Position numbers and translations under genes: made by a program | Shown here: positions 9,837-20,084 of the stretch, piece by piece | How positions within the stretch are numbered: the first letter of the stretch is position 1 | Layout of the letters: each line of letters starts with the position of its first letter | DNA from: Myxococcota bacterium | GTDB taxonomy: Bacteria > Myxococcota_A > UBA796 > CAJQPC01 | Direction: 5' to 3' | Length of the DNA stretch: 64,000 nt | Assembly (NCBI GenBank): GCA_036012755.1 | Contig: DASCPX010000009.1 | Coordinates: forward strand, 1-64,000 | Notes under the pieces: model-generated | Database searches by the model: none | What the model saw: only the letters and a program-made list of their open reading frames with translations | Told to the model about the DNA's origin: nothing

Positions 9837-10985
9837 ATGCTGACCTTTCCCCCCTGGAACGACGAACACGACATGCTCCGCAAGACGGTTCGGGAGTTCG
9901 CGCTCCAGAACCTGGCGCCCCACCGCGAGGAGTGGGACAAGGCCAGGTGCTTCCCCGTCCGCGAGGTCTTCCAGGAGATGGCCAAGCTCGGCCTGCTCGG
10001 CATCCGCTTCCCGGAGGAGTACGGCGGGCTCGGCCTCGACTGGTGGTACACCGCCGCCTACGTAGAGGGGCTCTGCTGGGCGAAGAACGGCGGCGTCATC
10101 ATGTCGACGCTGGTCCAGACCGACATGGCCACGCCGGTGATCGCCGAGATCGGAACCAAGGAGCAGTGCGAGGAGTTCCTCGTCCCGGTCATCTCGGGCG
10201 AGTACATCGGCGCCCTCGGCGTCACGGAGCCCGGAGCCGGATCCGACGTCGCCGGGATCACGACCACGGCGAAGAAGGACGGCAGCGACTTCATCATCAA
10301 CGGCGCCAAGACCTACATCACCAACGCCTCCGTGGCGGACTTCATCGTGCTCGCCGTGCGCACTGGCGACGAGGGCCACTTCGGCATCAGCCTCGTGCTC
10401 TTCCCCACCAAGACGCCGGGCTTCTCTGTGGGCCGAAAGCTCGACAAGCTGGGAACGCACAGCATCGACTCGAGCGAGATCCACTTCGACAACTGCCGGA
10501 TCCCCCAGCGCTACCTGCTCGGGCAGGAGAACGCGGCCTTCATCCACATCATGAAGAACTTCCAGGGCGAGCGCCTAGTCGCCGCTCTCATGGGCGCCAC
10601 GGGCATGGAGCTCTCGCTCAAGGACGCCATGGAGTACGGCCGCACCCGCGAGGCCTTCGGCCGCCCGATCAGCAAGTTCCAGGTCTGGCGCCACCGCTTC
10701 GCCGAGCACCTCACGTCGGTGGCCGCGGCCAAGATGCTGACCTACCACGCGGTCGATGCCTGCAACACGATGGACGACCCGACCCTGGCGGTGAGCATGG
10801 CCAAGCTCCACGTCGCCGACCTCGCCCAGAAGGTCGCCTACGACTGCCTGCAGTTCCACGGAGGCTACGGCTACGTCGAGGAGTACGACATCTGCCGCGC
10901 CTTCCGTGACGTGCGCCTGCTGCCCATCGGCGGCGGCACGAGCGAGGTGATGAAGGAGATCATCGCCAAGTGGAGCGGGCTCTGA
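9837..10985 (+). CDS. Acyl-CoA dehydrogenase
   Basis: PEEYGG, ALGVTEPGAGSD, INGAKTYITN, FQGERL, R.AFGRPI..FQ, QFHGGYGY, IGGGTSEVMK. Confidence 0.95.
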   Translation: MLTFPPWNDEHDMLRKTVREFALQNLAPHREEWDKARCFPVREVFQEMAKLGLLGIRFPEEYGGLGLDWWYTAAYVEGLCWAKNGGVIMSTLVQTDMATPVIAEIGTKEQCEEFLVPVISGEYIGALGVTEPGAGSDVAGITTTAKKDGSDFIINGAKTYITNASVADFIVLAVRTGDEGHFGISLVLFPTKTPGFSVGRKLDKLGTHSIDSSEIHFDNCRIPQRYLLGQENAAFIHIMKNFQGERLVAALMGATGMELSLKDAMEYGRTREAFGRPISKFQVWRHRFAEHLTSVAAAKMLTYHAVDACNTMDDPTLAVSMAKLHVADLAQKVAYDCLQFHGGYGYVEEYDICRAFRDVRLLPIGGGTSEVMKEIIAKWSGL

Positions 10986-11025
10986 TTCACTGAACCGGCG
11001 GTTGTCCTGGTTTACTAGAGGGGCG

Positions 11026-13662
11026 ATGCTCCTCCTCTTCGGCTGCACGGGCTCCGATCCGGGAGACCCCCCGCGCACCAACAACGCCCCGCAGGTCGCC
11101 GAGCTCCACCTGGAGCCGGACCCGGCCTATGGCGGCGATGACATCAGCGCGGTCGTGCAGACCATCGACCTCGATGGAGACGAGGTCACGGCGATCTACA
11201 CCTGGCTCGTCGACGGGTCCGAGGTGGAGGTGGACGGCGACGTGCTCCCCTCGGGGACCGCGATTCGAGACCAGGTCGTGCTCCTGGAGGTCACGGTCAG
11301 TGACGGCTTCGCCTTCGGGACGCCGGCAGAGGCCAGCCTGACGGTGCTGAACTCGGCGCCGGTGATCGACGCCATCGCCATCGACCCGGCCACTCCCCAG
11401 GAGAGCGACCCGCTCAGCTGCGCGGTCGAGGCCCACGACGACGACGGCGACGAGCTCGAGTACAACTGGGCCTGGACCGTCGACGGGGCGGACATCGAGC
11501 ACAACGCCTCCGTGCTGGAGGACGAGCTGCCCCGCAACACAGAGGTCGCCTGCGGCCTGTTGGTCTCGGACGGCACGCTCCAGAGCGAGTGGGCCTGGAG
11601 CGACAGCGTCTTCATCGGCAACAGCCCGCCCGGCTCTCCGACCATAGAGCTCGTCCCCGACCCTCCCACCGCATGCGCCGGGGGAGAGGTCCTGATCACC
11701 GCAGAGGCCAGCGATCCCGACGACGATCCCCTGACCTACGGGGTCTCGTGGACCGACAGCGACGGGACCGAGGTCTGGGCGGAGTTCGAGTACCCCGGGA
11801 GCACCTTCACGACGGGCGAGACCTACACCGTCGCGGTCTGGGCCGACGATGGCTTCTTCCAGGGCGAGCCGGCCACCCTCGAGTTCCAGGCGGTGGCTGG
11901 CGGGGAGACCCTGGGCAACGGCATCGACGACGACTGTGACGGCGTCGTCGACGAGTGGATCGACAACGCCTGGCAGGGCCAGCAGATGTGGTGGGACGAC
12001 ACCGCCTCGGCCCAGGCGGGCTTCGCCCTCGGCACCGGCGACGTCGACGGAGACGGCCTCGGCGATGTCGTCGCGACCCGCTCTGGAGAGAGCGATCTGC
12101 TGGTCTTCCTGGGCTCCAGCATGGACCCGACCCAGCCCGTGCTGGACGGGCCCGACCTCACGCTCACCGGAGCGGACTCCAGCAACGCCCTCGATCTCGG
12201 CGAGGTGGACGGAGACGGGCTCGCCGATCTCCTCATCGCCTCTCCGGGGGCCAACGGTGGCTTCAACGACACCGGCGTGGTGCAGCTCGTGCTCGGGGCG
12301 GATCTCTCGGACGGCAGCGTCGATGACCTCGCGTCGTGGGCGCTCTGGGGTGAAGAGGTCGACCAGCGCCTCTCGGGCAGCGTGGCGCTCGGAGACCTCG
12401 ACGGAGACGGTCTCGACGAGGTCGTCGTGGGAGACCCGGAGGCCGACGCGCCGGGCCGGCAAGCAGGCCGCGTGTTGATCTTCTCCTCCTTCACCGAGAC
12501 CGAGCCCGCGCTGGACGACGCGGACGTGATCCTGGAGGGCGGGGTCCGCGAGGGGCTCTTCGGCACCAGCGTCGCCGTGGTCGGGGACATCGACGGCGAC
12601 GGCATCGCCGAGGTCGTCGGCGGCGCCCCGGAGACCGACCCGGACGGCACCGACAGCGGCACGCTGGCACTCTGGTTCGGCGGCTCCCTGGTGGACGCCT
12701 ACGCCTCGACCGCGGACGTGCGGATCCTCGGAGACACAGAGGGCGCCTATGTCGGCCGCGAGCCCGCCAGCGCCGCGGACATCGACGGGGACGGGCTCTC
12801 GGAGCTGGTCCTGGGGTCGGAAGAGGACCGCGACGGGCTCCACATGCCCGGCAGCCTCTCGCTGTTTCTCGGCAGCGATCTCTCCGGTGGGGGCGAGTGG
12901 GACATCTCGGATGCCCACCTCCGCGTGCACGGCGACTCCAACGACGCCTGGCTCGGGCTCTACGGCGCGGGGCCCCTGCTCGGGGACACCGACGGCAGCG
13001 GCGTCGCCGACCTGATCTCCGGCGCCGCCGGTGAAGGCGCGATGTACCTGTGGCGCGGAATGGACCTCGTCAGCGGGGGCGAGTTGAGCACGGCGGAGGC
13101 GACGATTCGCATCGCTGGCGAGGACACCGACGACTACTTCGGGCGCTGGGCGTTGTTGGCGGACACCGACGGGGACGGCATCCAGGATCTCGTCGGCAGC
13201 GCCTGGCGCCATTCGACCTTCGCAGACCGAGCAGGCGCCATCTATGTCTTCCGCCCCCCCTTCGGCGAGCCCGCGGAGGCCTGGGAGCCGGAGTGCGAGG
13301 CCGTCGGCGCCCTGTTGTTCTGCCGCACACCCGGGACCTGGGACGAGGCCCGAGCGCACTGCGAGAGCCTGGCTACGGACCTCGCGAAGATCGAGTCCAC
13401 CACTTGGAACCTGACAGCCGCCGCTGGAGGCGCTGCGCGCTATCCGGCCGGAGTGGATCGCGGCGAGTGGTGGATCGGCCTGTCCGATGTCGCGACGGAG
13501 GGGACCTGGCTCTGGACCGACGGCTCGGCCGCGACCTTCACGGCCTGGGGCGAAGAGCCAGAGCCGGACAGCACGAACAACTGCGCCGTCATCAACGAGC
13601 CCGTCGAGGGCTCCTGGGACGATCGACCCTGCGACTCCTCGCGCTTCTTCGTCTGCCGGTAG
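11026..13662 (+). CDS. Surface lipoprotein: Ig-like repeats + FG-GAP (integrin-alpha-like) propeller + C-terminal C-type lectin domain
   Basis: MLLLFGC; repeated N.AP...D.DGD...Y.W; many GD.DGDG..D/E loops; C-terminal W.EAR..C, WWIGLSD...EG.W.W.DGS, EPD..NNC, WDDRPC, FVC. Confidence 0.8.
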   Translation: MLLLFGCTGSDPGDPPRTNNAPQVAELHLEPDPAYGGDDISAVVQTIDLDGDEVTAIYTWLVDGSEVEVDGDVLPSGTAIRDQVVLLEVTVSDGFAFGTPAEASLTVLNSAPVIDAIAIDPATPQESDPLSCAVEAHDDDGDELEYNWAWTVDGADIEHNASVLEDELPRNTEVACGLLVSDGTLQSEWAWSDSVFIGNSPPGSPTIELVPDPPTACAGGEVLITAEASDPDDDPLTYGVSWTDSDGTEVWAEFEYPGSTFTTGETYTVAVWADDGFFQGEPATLEFQAVAGGETLGNGIDDDCDGVVDEWIDNAWQGQQMWWDDTASAQAGFALGTGDVDGDGLGDVVATRSGESDLLVFLGSSMDPTQPVLDGPDLTLTGADSSNALDLGEVDGDGLADLLIASPGANGGFNDTGVVQLVLGADLSDGSVDDLASWALWGEEVDQRLSGSVALGDLDGDGLDEVVVGDPEADAPGRQAGRVLIFSSFTETEPALDDADVILEGGVREGLFGTSVAVVGDIDGDGIAEVVGGAPETDPDGTDSGTLALWFGGSLVDAYASTADVRILGDTEGAYVGREPASAADIDGDGLSELVLGSEEDRDGLHMPGSLSLFLGSDLSGGGEWDISDAHLRVHGDSNDAWLGLYGAGPLLGDTDGSGVADLISGAAGEGAMYLWRGMDLVSGGELSTAEATIRIAGEDTDDYFGRWALLADTDGDGIQDLVGSAWRHSTFADRAGAIYVFRPPFGEPAEAWEPECEAVGALLFCRTPGTWDEARAHCESLATDLAKIESTTWNLTAAAGGAARYPAGVDRGEWWIGLSDVATEGTWLWTDGSAATFTAWGEEPEPDSTNNCAVINEPVEGSWDDRPCDSSRFFVCR

Positions 13663-13665
13663 ACT
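13660..13665 (+). promoter_or_regulatory. Putative -10 element (TAGACT) of a leaderless transcript
   Basis: 6 nt before ATG 13672, no SD; same arrangement at 15727 (TAGACT), 31094 (TAGGCT), 33227 (TAGGAT) and 54859 (TAGGTT). Confidence 0.5.
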
Positions 13666-13671
13666 GCCCCC

Positions 13672-15711
13672 ATGCTGCTGTTGGCGCTGGGCTGCGCGCT
13701 CATCACGAAGGACGACTACGACACCCGGACGGGCTCCTGCGACGAGCCCTCCACGTGGTACGAGGACGGCGACGGAGACGGCTTCGGAGCCGACGCGCAG
13801 GTCGTCGAGGCCTGCAGCCAGCCCGAGGGCCACGTGGCGGTGGGCGGTGACTGCGACGACAACAGCTCCGGCATCAACCCGGAGGCCAACGAGATCTGCA
13901 ACGGCGCCTCGGACGACTGCGACCCAGAGGTGGACGAGAACGCGATCGACACCCTGGCCTACGCCCCGGACCTCGACGAGGACGGCTTCCCAGACCTCGA
14001 CGAGCAGGACTCGTTCTGCCCCGGCTCCGAGCCGGCGGACTGGATCGATGTCATCGCCGGCGAAGAGGGGGACTGCGACGACGGCGACGACGATGTGCAC
14101 CCGGGGGCGGACGAGTACTGCAACGAAGAAGACGACGACTGTGACGGCGAAGTGGACGAAGAAGCTCTCGACGGCCCCACCTGGTACGCCGACGCGGACG
14201 GGGACGACTACGGCGACCCGGAGAGCCCCGTCGTCGCCTGCACCGCACCCTCCTCGACGGCGGACAACGACCTCGACTGCGACGACTCCGCCGAAGACAT
14301 GAACCCTGACGAAGAGGAGGTCTGCGGCGACGGGATCGACAACGACTGTGACGGCCTCGGCTGCCGCATCTCTGGAGCGGTCGGGGTCCAGGGCAAGTCC
14401 TCTGCGATCCTCTTTGGGCTCAAGGCATCCGAAAGAGCCGGAGCGAGCCTGGCCGGAGCCGGCGACGTCGATCGTGACGGGGCCGAGGACTTCCTGGTCG
14501 GCGCCCCCTTCGCGCTGGACAACGAGCGCGGGACCTACCCAGGCCGGGCCTACCTGGTCCTCGGCCCGGTGACGACGGGGCAGGCCGAGCTGGGCACCAT
14601 CGCCGCGACCACCCTGGCGCTGGACACGCACGACGACGCCTCGCTCGGCCACTGTCTCGGGGGCGGCGAGGACCTGATGGCGGAGGGGGCGCCGACGCTG
14701 GTCCTGTGCGCCCCCCTGGCCGACGGTCGCTCGGGAGCGGTCTACCTCCTCGACTCCAGCGGCCTCGGGAGCTCAGAGGACCCCTCCGACGGAGTGACCA
14801 TCGAGGGTGCCTTCGAGTCGGGCTACTTCGGCTCCGCGCTCGGCCTGGCGGACCTGGACGGGGATGGCCAGGAAGACCTCGCCATCGGGGGCAGCAACAC
14901 TGGGGTCAACGGCGCCTCCTCGGGCTCCGTCTACACCTTCCTGGGACCCATCACCGCCGATGCCGACGCCACGGACACCACCGGCCACTACAAGGGCAAG
15001 ACCTCCAGCGAGCTCGGGGGCTCCCTCGCAACCGGCGACCTCGACGGCGACGGGCTCGACGACCTGCTCTTAGGCGCCCCCCAGGCCAACGGCGGCAGCC
15101 AGCGGAGCGGCGAGGTCTACGTGGCTCTGGGTCCGGCGACGGCACAGGCCCTGGTGAACTCCCTCACCACGCTGACGGGAGAGGCGACGTGGGACGAGGC
15201 CGGGGCCTCGGTCGATGTGCTCGGCGACACGGACGGGGACGGCAACAACGACATCGTCATCGGTGCCCCCTATGCCAGCGTGAGCGCCTGGGACGCCGGC
15301 GCCGCCTATGTCGTGCTCGGTCCGGTGACCACCGATCTCGACCTCGGCTCGGCGGACACGATCATCGACGGTGTCAACGACGACGCCCTGACGGGCTGGG
15401 CGGTCAGCGGACCCGGAGACCTCGACGGCGACGGCCTCGCGGAGGTGGCGATCGGCGCTCCGGGGATGTCCGGCGCGGCCGGCACGGTGGCCTTCTTCTA
15501 CGGACCGACCAGCGCCGGCAACATCCTGACCTCGGACGCCGACTTCAGGGTCATGGGCAAGACGCAAGGGGACGGTCTGCACGTCACCACCCGCAGCGGA
15601 GACTGGCTGGGCAACGGCACGCCCACGCTCCTGCTCGGGGCCCCCGGCGTGCAGCACGGCGACTACGAAAGCGCCGGCGCCGTCTACCTGCTCGAGCACC
15701 CCAGCCTGTGA
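13672..15711 (+). CDS. Lipoprotein with MopE-like metal-binding repeats + FG-GAP propeller (paralog 1)
   Basis: MLLLALGC; DCDD/NDCDG repeats followed by repeated GD.DGDG..D...GAP blades. Confidence 0.8.
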   Translation: MLLLALGCALITKDDYDTRTGSCDEPSTWYEDGDGDGFGADAQVVEACSQPEGHVAVGGDCDDNSSGINPEANEICNGASDDCDPEVDENAIDTLAYAPDLDEDGFPDLDEQDSFCPGSEPADWIDVIAGEEGDCDDGDDDVHPGADEYCNEEDDDCDGEVDEEALDGPTWYADADGDDYGDPESPVVACTAPSSTADNDLDCDDSAEDMNPDEEEVCGDGIDNDCDGLGCRISGAVGVQGKSSAILFGLKASERAGASLAGAGDVDRDGAEDFLVGAPFALDNERGTYPGRAYLVLGPVTTGQAELGTIAATTLALDTHDDASLGHCLGGGEDLMAEGAPTLVLCAPLADGRSGAVYLLDSSGLGSSEDPSDGVTIEGAFESGYFGSALGLADLDGDGQEDLAIGGSNTGVNGASSGSVYTFLGPITADADATDTTGHYKGKTSSELGGSLATGDLDGDGLDDLLLGAPQANGGSQRSGEVYVALGPATAQALVNSLTTLTGEATWDEAGASVDVLGDTDGDGNNDIVIGAPYASVSAWDAGAAYVVLGPVTTDLDLGSADTIIDGVNDDALTGWAVSGPGDLDGDGLAEVAIGAPGMSGAAGTVAFFYGPTSAGNILTSDADFRVMGKTQGDGLHVTTRSGDWLGNGTPTLLLGAPGVQHGDYESAGAVYLLEHPSL

Positions 15712-15739
15712 GCCCACCCATCGCTGTAGACTTGGCTTC

Positions 15740-17779
15740 ATGCTCCTGCTGACCCTGGGCTGCGCCCTCATCACGAAGGCCGACTACGACAAGCGGATCG
15801 CGCTCGACGACTCGGGCCTGGACTGCGACGAACCGACCACCTTCTACGAGGACGCCGACGGAGACGGCTTCGGCAACGAGGAGACGCTGGAGGCCTGCGA
15901 GCAGCCCGCTGGCTACGCAGCGCAGGGCGGCGACTGTGACGACAGCACCACCGGCATCTTCCCCGGGGCCAACGAGATCTGCAACGGCGTCTCCGACGAC
16001 TGCGACCCGGAGGTCGACGAGGACCCGATCGACGGCAAGCCCCACGCCCCCGACCTCGACGAGGACGGCTATCCCGACCTCGACAGCGTCGAGTCCCACT
16101 GCGAAGGGGCCCAACCTCCGAAGTGGATCCCCGCCGACGCGGCCGAGCACGACTGCGACGACGGCGAGGCCGCGATCCACCCCGGCGCCGACGAGGTCTG
16201 CAACGACGAGGACGACGACTGCGACGATGACGTCGACGAGGATCCCGTCGACGGGACGGAGTACTGGATCGACGAGGACGGGGACGACTTCGGCGATGCA
16301 GAGGGCCTCGTCGTCGCGTGTGACCGGGGCGACCTCGCCGACAACGACCAGGACTGCGACGACGACGACGACACGGTCAACCCGGAGGGCGAAGAGGTCG
16401 AGGGCGACGGCGTCGACAACGACTGCGACGGGGGCGGCGCGCGCATCGAGGGCGTCCGCAGCGTCTCGAGTTCCGCGAGGACGCGGGTCATCGGCACGAC
16501 GAGCACTGGCTCCCTCGGCGATCGGTTTGCTGACCTCGGAGACGTCGACAGCGACGGGATGGACGACTTCCTCGTCGCCGCGCCCTACGCCGGCACGACG
16601 TTCAGCGGAGTGGTCTTCCTCGTCCACGGACCCGTCAGCAGCGGGGACCTCTCGATAGCGGAGGTCTCCTCGACCATCTTCACCCTCGGCAACGACGGCG
16701 CCGACGCCGCGCTGGGCGTGTCGCTCGCCGGCGGGGTGGACCTGCTCGGAGGCTCCTCGACGCTCGCCATGGGCGCGCCATGGGTCGGGGACTTCGTCGG
16801 CGAGGTCTACCTCGCCGACGCGGCCAGCCTCAGCGGCCTCGAGAACCCAAGCACGCACACCATACTCAAGGGGGACACCGAGTCCCGGTTCGGCGCCGCC
16901 ATCGGCGTGGGTGACGGCGACGGAGACGGCCAGGCGGACATAGCGGTCGGCGCGCCGCGCGCGGACACCTACGGGACCGACTCCGGTGTGGCCCTCGTCT
17001 TCCTCGGCCCGATCACAGAGAATCTCAGGTACACCCGCGCGGACGGGACCTACTGGGGCACGACGGAGATCGAGCTGGGCAGCGCGCTGGATGTCGCCGA
17101 CCTCGACGGAGACGGAGTCGACGACCTCGTGGTCAGCGCGACGAAAGCGGACGCCGCCGGCAAGTCGGATTGCGGAGCCGTCTACATCATCCACGGTCCG
17201 CTGACCGACACGGCGAGCGTGACCGACGCCGCGGTCCGGCTCGCCGGGGGCAATGACAGCGACCGCGCTGGCGCCTCCATCGCCGCCTTGCCGGACCACG
17301 ACGGCGACGGCCGCGGAGACATCCTCGTCGGCACCCCGGCGTTCGACGCGGGGGGAGGCATCTCGACGGGCAACGCTTCGCTCATCCTCGGGCCCTTCAC
17401 TGGGAGCTCGACCCTGGGCGCGGCCGACGTGATCATCAACGGCTCCGCTGCGAACCTCAACCTCGGCTACCGCGTCGCCTCACCCGGGGATCTCGACAGC
17501 GACGGCTTCAGCGACTTCTCCGTCGGGATCCCGGGCTCCAGCAGCTACGCCGGCATGGTCTCCACCTGGTACGGACCGGTGAGCGCGGGTGTCTACACCC
17601 AGGCCTCGGCGGACTTCGGGTACATCGGGACGAAGGCCAGTGACGGGCTCTACGTCCCGGGGCCCCACGGGGACTACCTGTCGTCTGGATCGGCGATGCT
17701 CTTCGGCAGCATCGGACTCGACAGCAACACCATCAGCAGCGTCGGCGGTTTCTATGTCGTCGAACACCCGGACCTCTAG
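15740..17779 (+). CDS. Lipoprotein with MopE-like metal-binding repeats + FG-GAP propeller (paralog 2)
   Basis: MLLLTLGC; same architecture and length (679 aa) as 13672-15711; both end EHP.L. Confidence 0.8.
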   Translation: MLLLTLGCALITKADYDKRIALDDSGLDCDEPTTFYEDADGDGFGNEETLEACEQPAGYAAQGGDCDDSTTGIFPGANEICNGVSDDCDPEVDEDPIDGKPHAPDLDEDGYPDLDSVESHCEGAQPPKWIPADAAEHDCDDGEAAIHPGADEVCNDEDDDCDDDVDEDPVDGTEYWIDEDGDDFGDAEGLVVACDRGDLADNDQDCDDDDDTVNPEGEEVEGDGVDNDCDGGGARIEGVRSVSSSARTRVIGTTSTGSLGDRFADLGDVDSDGMDDFLVAAPYAGTTFSGVVFLVHGPVSSGDLSIAEVSSTIFTLGNDGADAALGVSLAGGVDLLGGSSTLAMGAPWVGDFVGEVYLADAASLSGLENPSTHTILKGDTESRFGAAIGVGDGDGDGQADIAVGAPRADTYGTDSGVALVFLGPITENLRYTRADGTYWGTTEIELGSALDVADLDGDGVDDLVVSATKADAAGKSDCGAVYIIHGPLTDTASVTDAAVRLAGGNDSDRAGASIAALPDHDGDGRGDILVGTPAFDAGGGISTGNASLILGPFTGSSTLGAADVIINGSAANLNLGYRVASPGDLDSDGFSDFSVGIPGSSSYAGMVSTWYGPVSAGVYTQASADFGYIGTKASDGLYVPGPHGDYLSSGSAMLFGSIGLDSNTISSVGGFYVVEHPDL

Positions 17780-17812
17780 GGGTAGACTGCTTCGTCACCC
17801 TGGAGGCCTGCT

Positions 17813-20083
17813 GTGACGCTCATCGCCCTGCTCGCTTGTCAGGACAACGGCGTCACGGTCTACCACGAGCCCCCGGCGGTCAACATCTTCGAGCCCGCAG
17901 AGGGCACGCTCTACTACGAAGAGCAGACAGTCGAGTTTCGCGCCCAGGTCGAGACCATCAACGGCTCGGACGTGGACACCATCACCCACCGCTGGGTGGC
18001 CGACAGCAGCACGATCTGCCAGGAGACCCAGGTTCCGGCGGACGGCATCGCCACCTGCTCCTCCTCCTTCGACACCGCCGGCGAGTACAAGGTCACGGTC
18101 ACGGCGACGGATCCCCGCCTGGATCGGGCCACCGACACCGTCGTCATCAACATCGCCTACAACAACCCGCCGGAGGTGACGCTGCATGAGCCCCTCGACG
18201 GCGAGGTGCTGCAGTCAACCGACCTCGTCGTCTTCCTGGCCACCCTCGCGGACGCAGAGGACGAGGCGGACCAGCTGGAGGTGCAGATCAGCTCCTCCCA
18301 GGACGGCGTCCTGGCGGTCCCGGACAAGGGCATGACCTCTGGCGACTACAGCGGCAGCGCCTACCTCACCGGGGGCAGCCACCTGCTCACGGTCCAGGTC
18401 ACGGACACCGCCGGCAAGACCGGGCAGGCGACCGCGACCGTCCGCGTCAACGATCCCCCCGATCCGCCAGAGGTCGAGCTCAGCCCAGACCCGGCTGGCT
18501 CCGGAGAGAGCCTCGTCGCCACCATCACCTCGGAGGCGGTCGATCCGGAGGGGGACGCCGTCACCTACCGCTACGACTGGTACGTCGACGGAGCGGTGTA
18601 CTCGTCGGGGACCGTGCCCACCGTGGCCGCCGGCGTGACCCAGCGCAGCGAGTACTGGGAGGTCTTTGCCTACCCCTACGACGGCCAGGCCTATGGAAAC
18701 CCGGGCAGCGACGCCCTGAGCATCGGGAACACCGCCCCGAGCATCGACTCGGTGACCTTGACCCCCACGCCACTGCTGACCCTCGATGACGGCGTCTGCA
18801 CCCCGGTCGGGTGGGACGACCCGGAGGGCGACGCAGAGGCCTACCGCTACGCCTGGTACCACGGCGGAACCCTGGACAAGGGCCAGACCACCTCGACCTA
18901 CCCCTACGCCAGCTTCGTCAAGGGCGACACCCTGCGCTGCGAGGTCACCCCCTACGACGACTACGACGACGGCGACTCGGTCTCGAGCCCGACCGTGACG
19001 ATCGAGAACACGGCACCAACCCAGCCGACGGTCACGATCACGCCTGCCTCGCCAGAGCCAGAGGACACGCTGGTCTGCACGGTCAAGCCGGGCAGCAGCA
19101 CGGACGACGACGGCGACTCGATCAGCTTCAGCTACGCCTGGGTCCAGAACGGTTCGACGACCAGCTACACCAGCGCGAGCGTGTCGGACACCGCGACCGC
19201 CCACAACGACATCTGGGAGTGCCTGATCACCCCGAGCGACGGCGAGGACGACGGCACCTACGGCTCCGACACCGTCACCGTCACGGACGTGACAGCCCCC
19301 GACGCCCCGGTCATCAGCTCGATCGACGAGTACCGGAACGACGAGGACGTGGCGCTGTCCGGCACCTGCGAGGCCAGCTGCACCCTCACCTGGTACATCA
19401 GCGACTCCACCGGCTCCTGGACCGAGACGTCGACCTGCACCAGCGGCGGGGCCATCTCCCACACGACCTACGTCACCAGGGGCTACGAGACGGAGATCTA
19501 CGCCACCTGCACGGACGCGGCCTCGAACACCTCGTCGGACTCGAACACGGTCACGACAGAGGCCTGCGACCCAGAGGACACCTACGAGAACACCACCGGC
19601 TACGGCGACACCTCCAGCAACCCGGTGGACGAGTGGAGCGCGCTGGCGGACGACGGCAGCACGACCATCACCATCGAAGGCAACGTGCTGAGCTCCGCGG
19701 ACGAGGACTGGTACATCATCTCGACCACGGACGACTACTCCACGGACGTCAGCGCCGGGATCAACTACTTCAACCTGGAGATCGAGCTCACAGAGGGCTC
19801 GAGCACCTACGAGTTCCGCACCTACCAGACGAGCTACTCCAGCGGCGGCCATGTCTGCAGCACCTCGGACGCCTACACCGAGTTCTCCTGGGACCAGGAG
19901 GACTCGGGCGACGGAGCGGACCACTCCATCCCGAGCGACGACCGCTACTGCGGCGCCTCCGGGGACGCCTCCTACAACGAGTGCTCGGACTTCAGCGACG
20001 ACTGGATCGTCGAGGTGACGCGCAAGTCGACGGCGACCGCCAGCTGCCAGCACTACGAGCTCACCATCAACAACGGCCTCTGA
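17813..20083 (+). CDS. Thr/Ser/Asp-rich surface lipoprotein with tandem Ig/PKD-like repeats
   Basis: GGAGG SD; MTLIALLAC; repeated N.PP.V...P / D.(E/D)GD...Y.Y.W / C.(V/I)TP.D modules. Confidence 0.75.
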   Translation: MTLIALLACQDNGVTVYHEPPAVNIFEPAEGTLYYEEQTVEFRAQVETINGSDVDTITHRWVADSSTICQETQVPADGIATCSSSFDTAGEYKVTVTATDPRLDRATDTVVINIAYNNPPEVTLHEPLDGEVLQSTDLVVFLATLADAEDEADQLEVQISSSQDGVLAVPDKGMTSGDYSGSAYLTGGSHLLTVQVTDTAGKTGQATATVRVNDPPDPPEVELSPDPAGSGESLVATITSEAVDPEGDAVTYRYDWYVDGAVYSSGTVPTVAAGVTQRSEYWEVFAYPYDGQAYGNPGSDALSIGNTAPSIDSVTLTPTPLLTLDDGVCTPVGWDDPEGDAEAYRYAWYHGGTLDKGQTTSTYPYASFVKGDTLRCEVTPYDDYDDGDSVSSPTVTIENTAPTQPTVTITPASPEPEDTLVCTVKPGSSTDDDGDSISFSYAWVQNGSTTSYTSASVSDTATAHNDIWECLITPSDGEDDGTYGSDTVTVTDVTAPDAPVISSIDEYRNDEDVALSGTCEASCTLTWYISDSTGSWTETSTCTSGGAISHTTYVTRGYETEIYATCTDAASNTSSDSNTVTTEACDPEDTYENTTGYGDTSSNPVDEWSALADDGSTTITIEGNVLSSADEDWYIISTTDDYSTDVSAGINYFNLEIELTEGSSTYEFRTYQTSYSSGGHVCSTSDAYTEFSWDQEDSGDGADHSIPSDDRYCGASGDASYNECSDFSDDWIVEVTRKSTATASCQHYELTINNGL

Positions 20084-20084
20084 C

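Noticed and set aside
10987..14652. 1221-aa minus-strand ORF and similar long antisense or alternate-frame ORFs (e.g. 18215-20086, 40493-42871, 53761-56214)
   Set aside because: Shadow ORFs expected in high-GC DNA, opposite well-supported genes, with no recognisable motifs.
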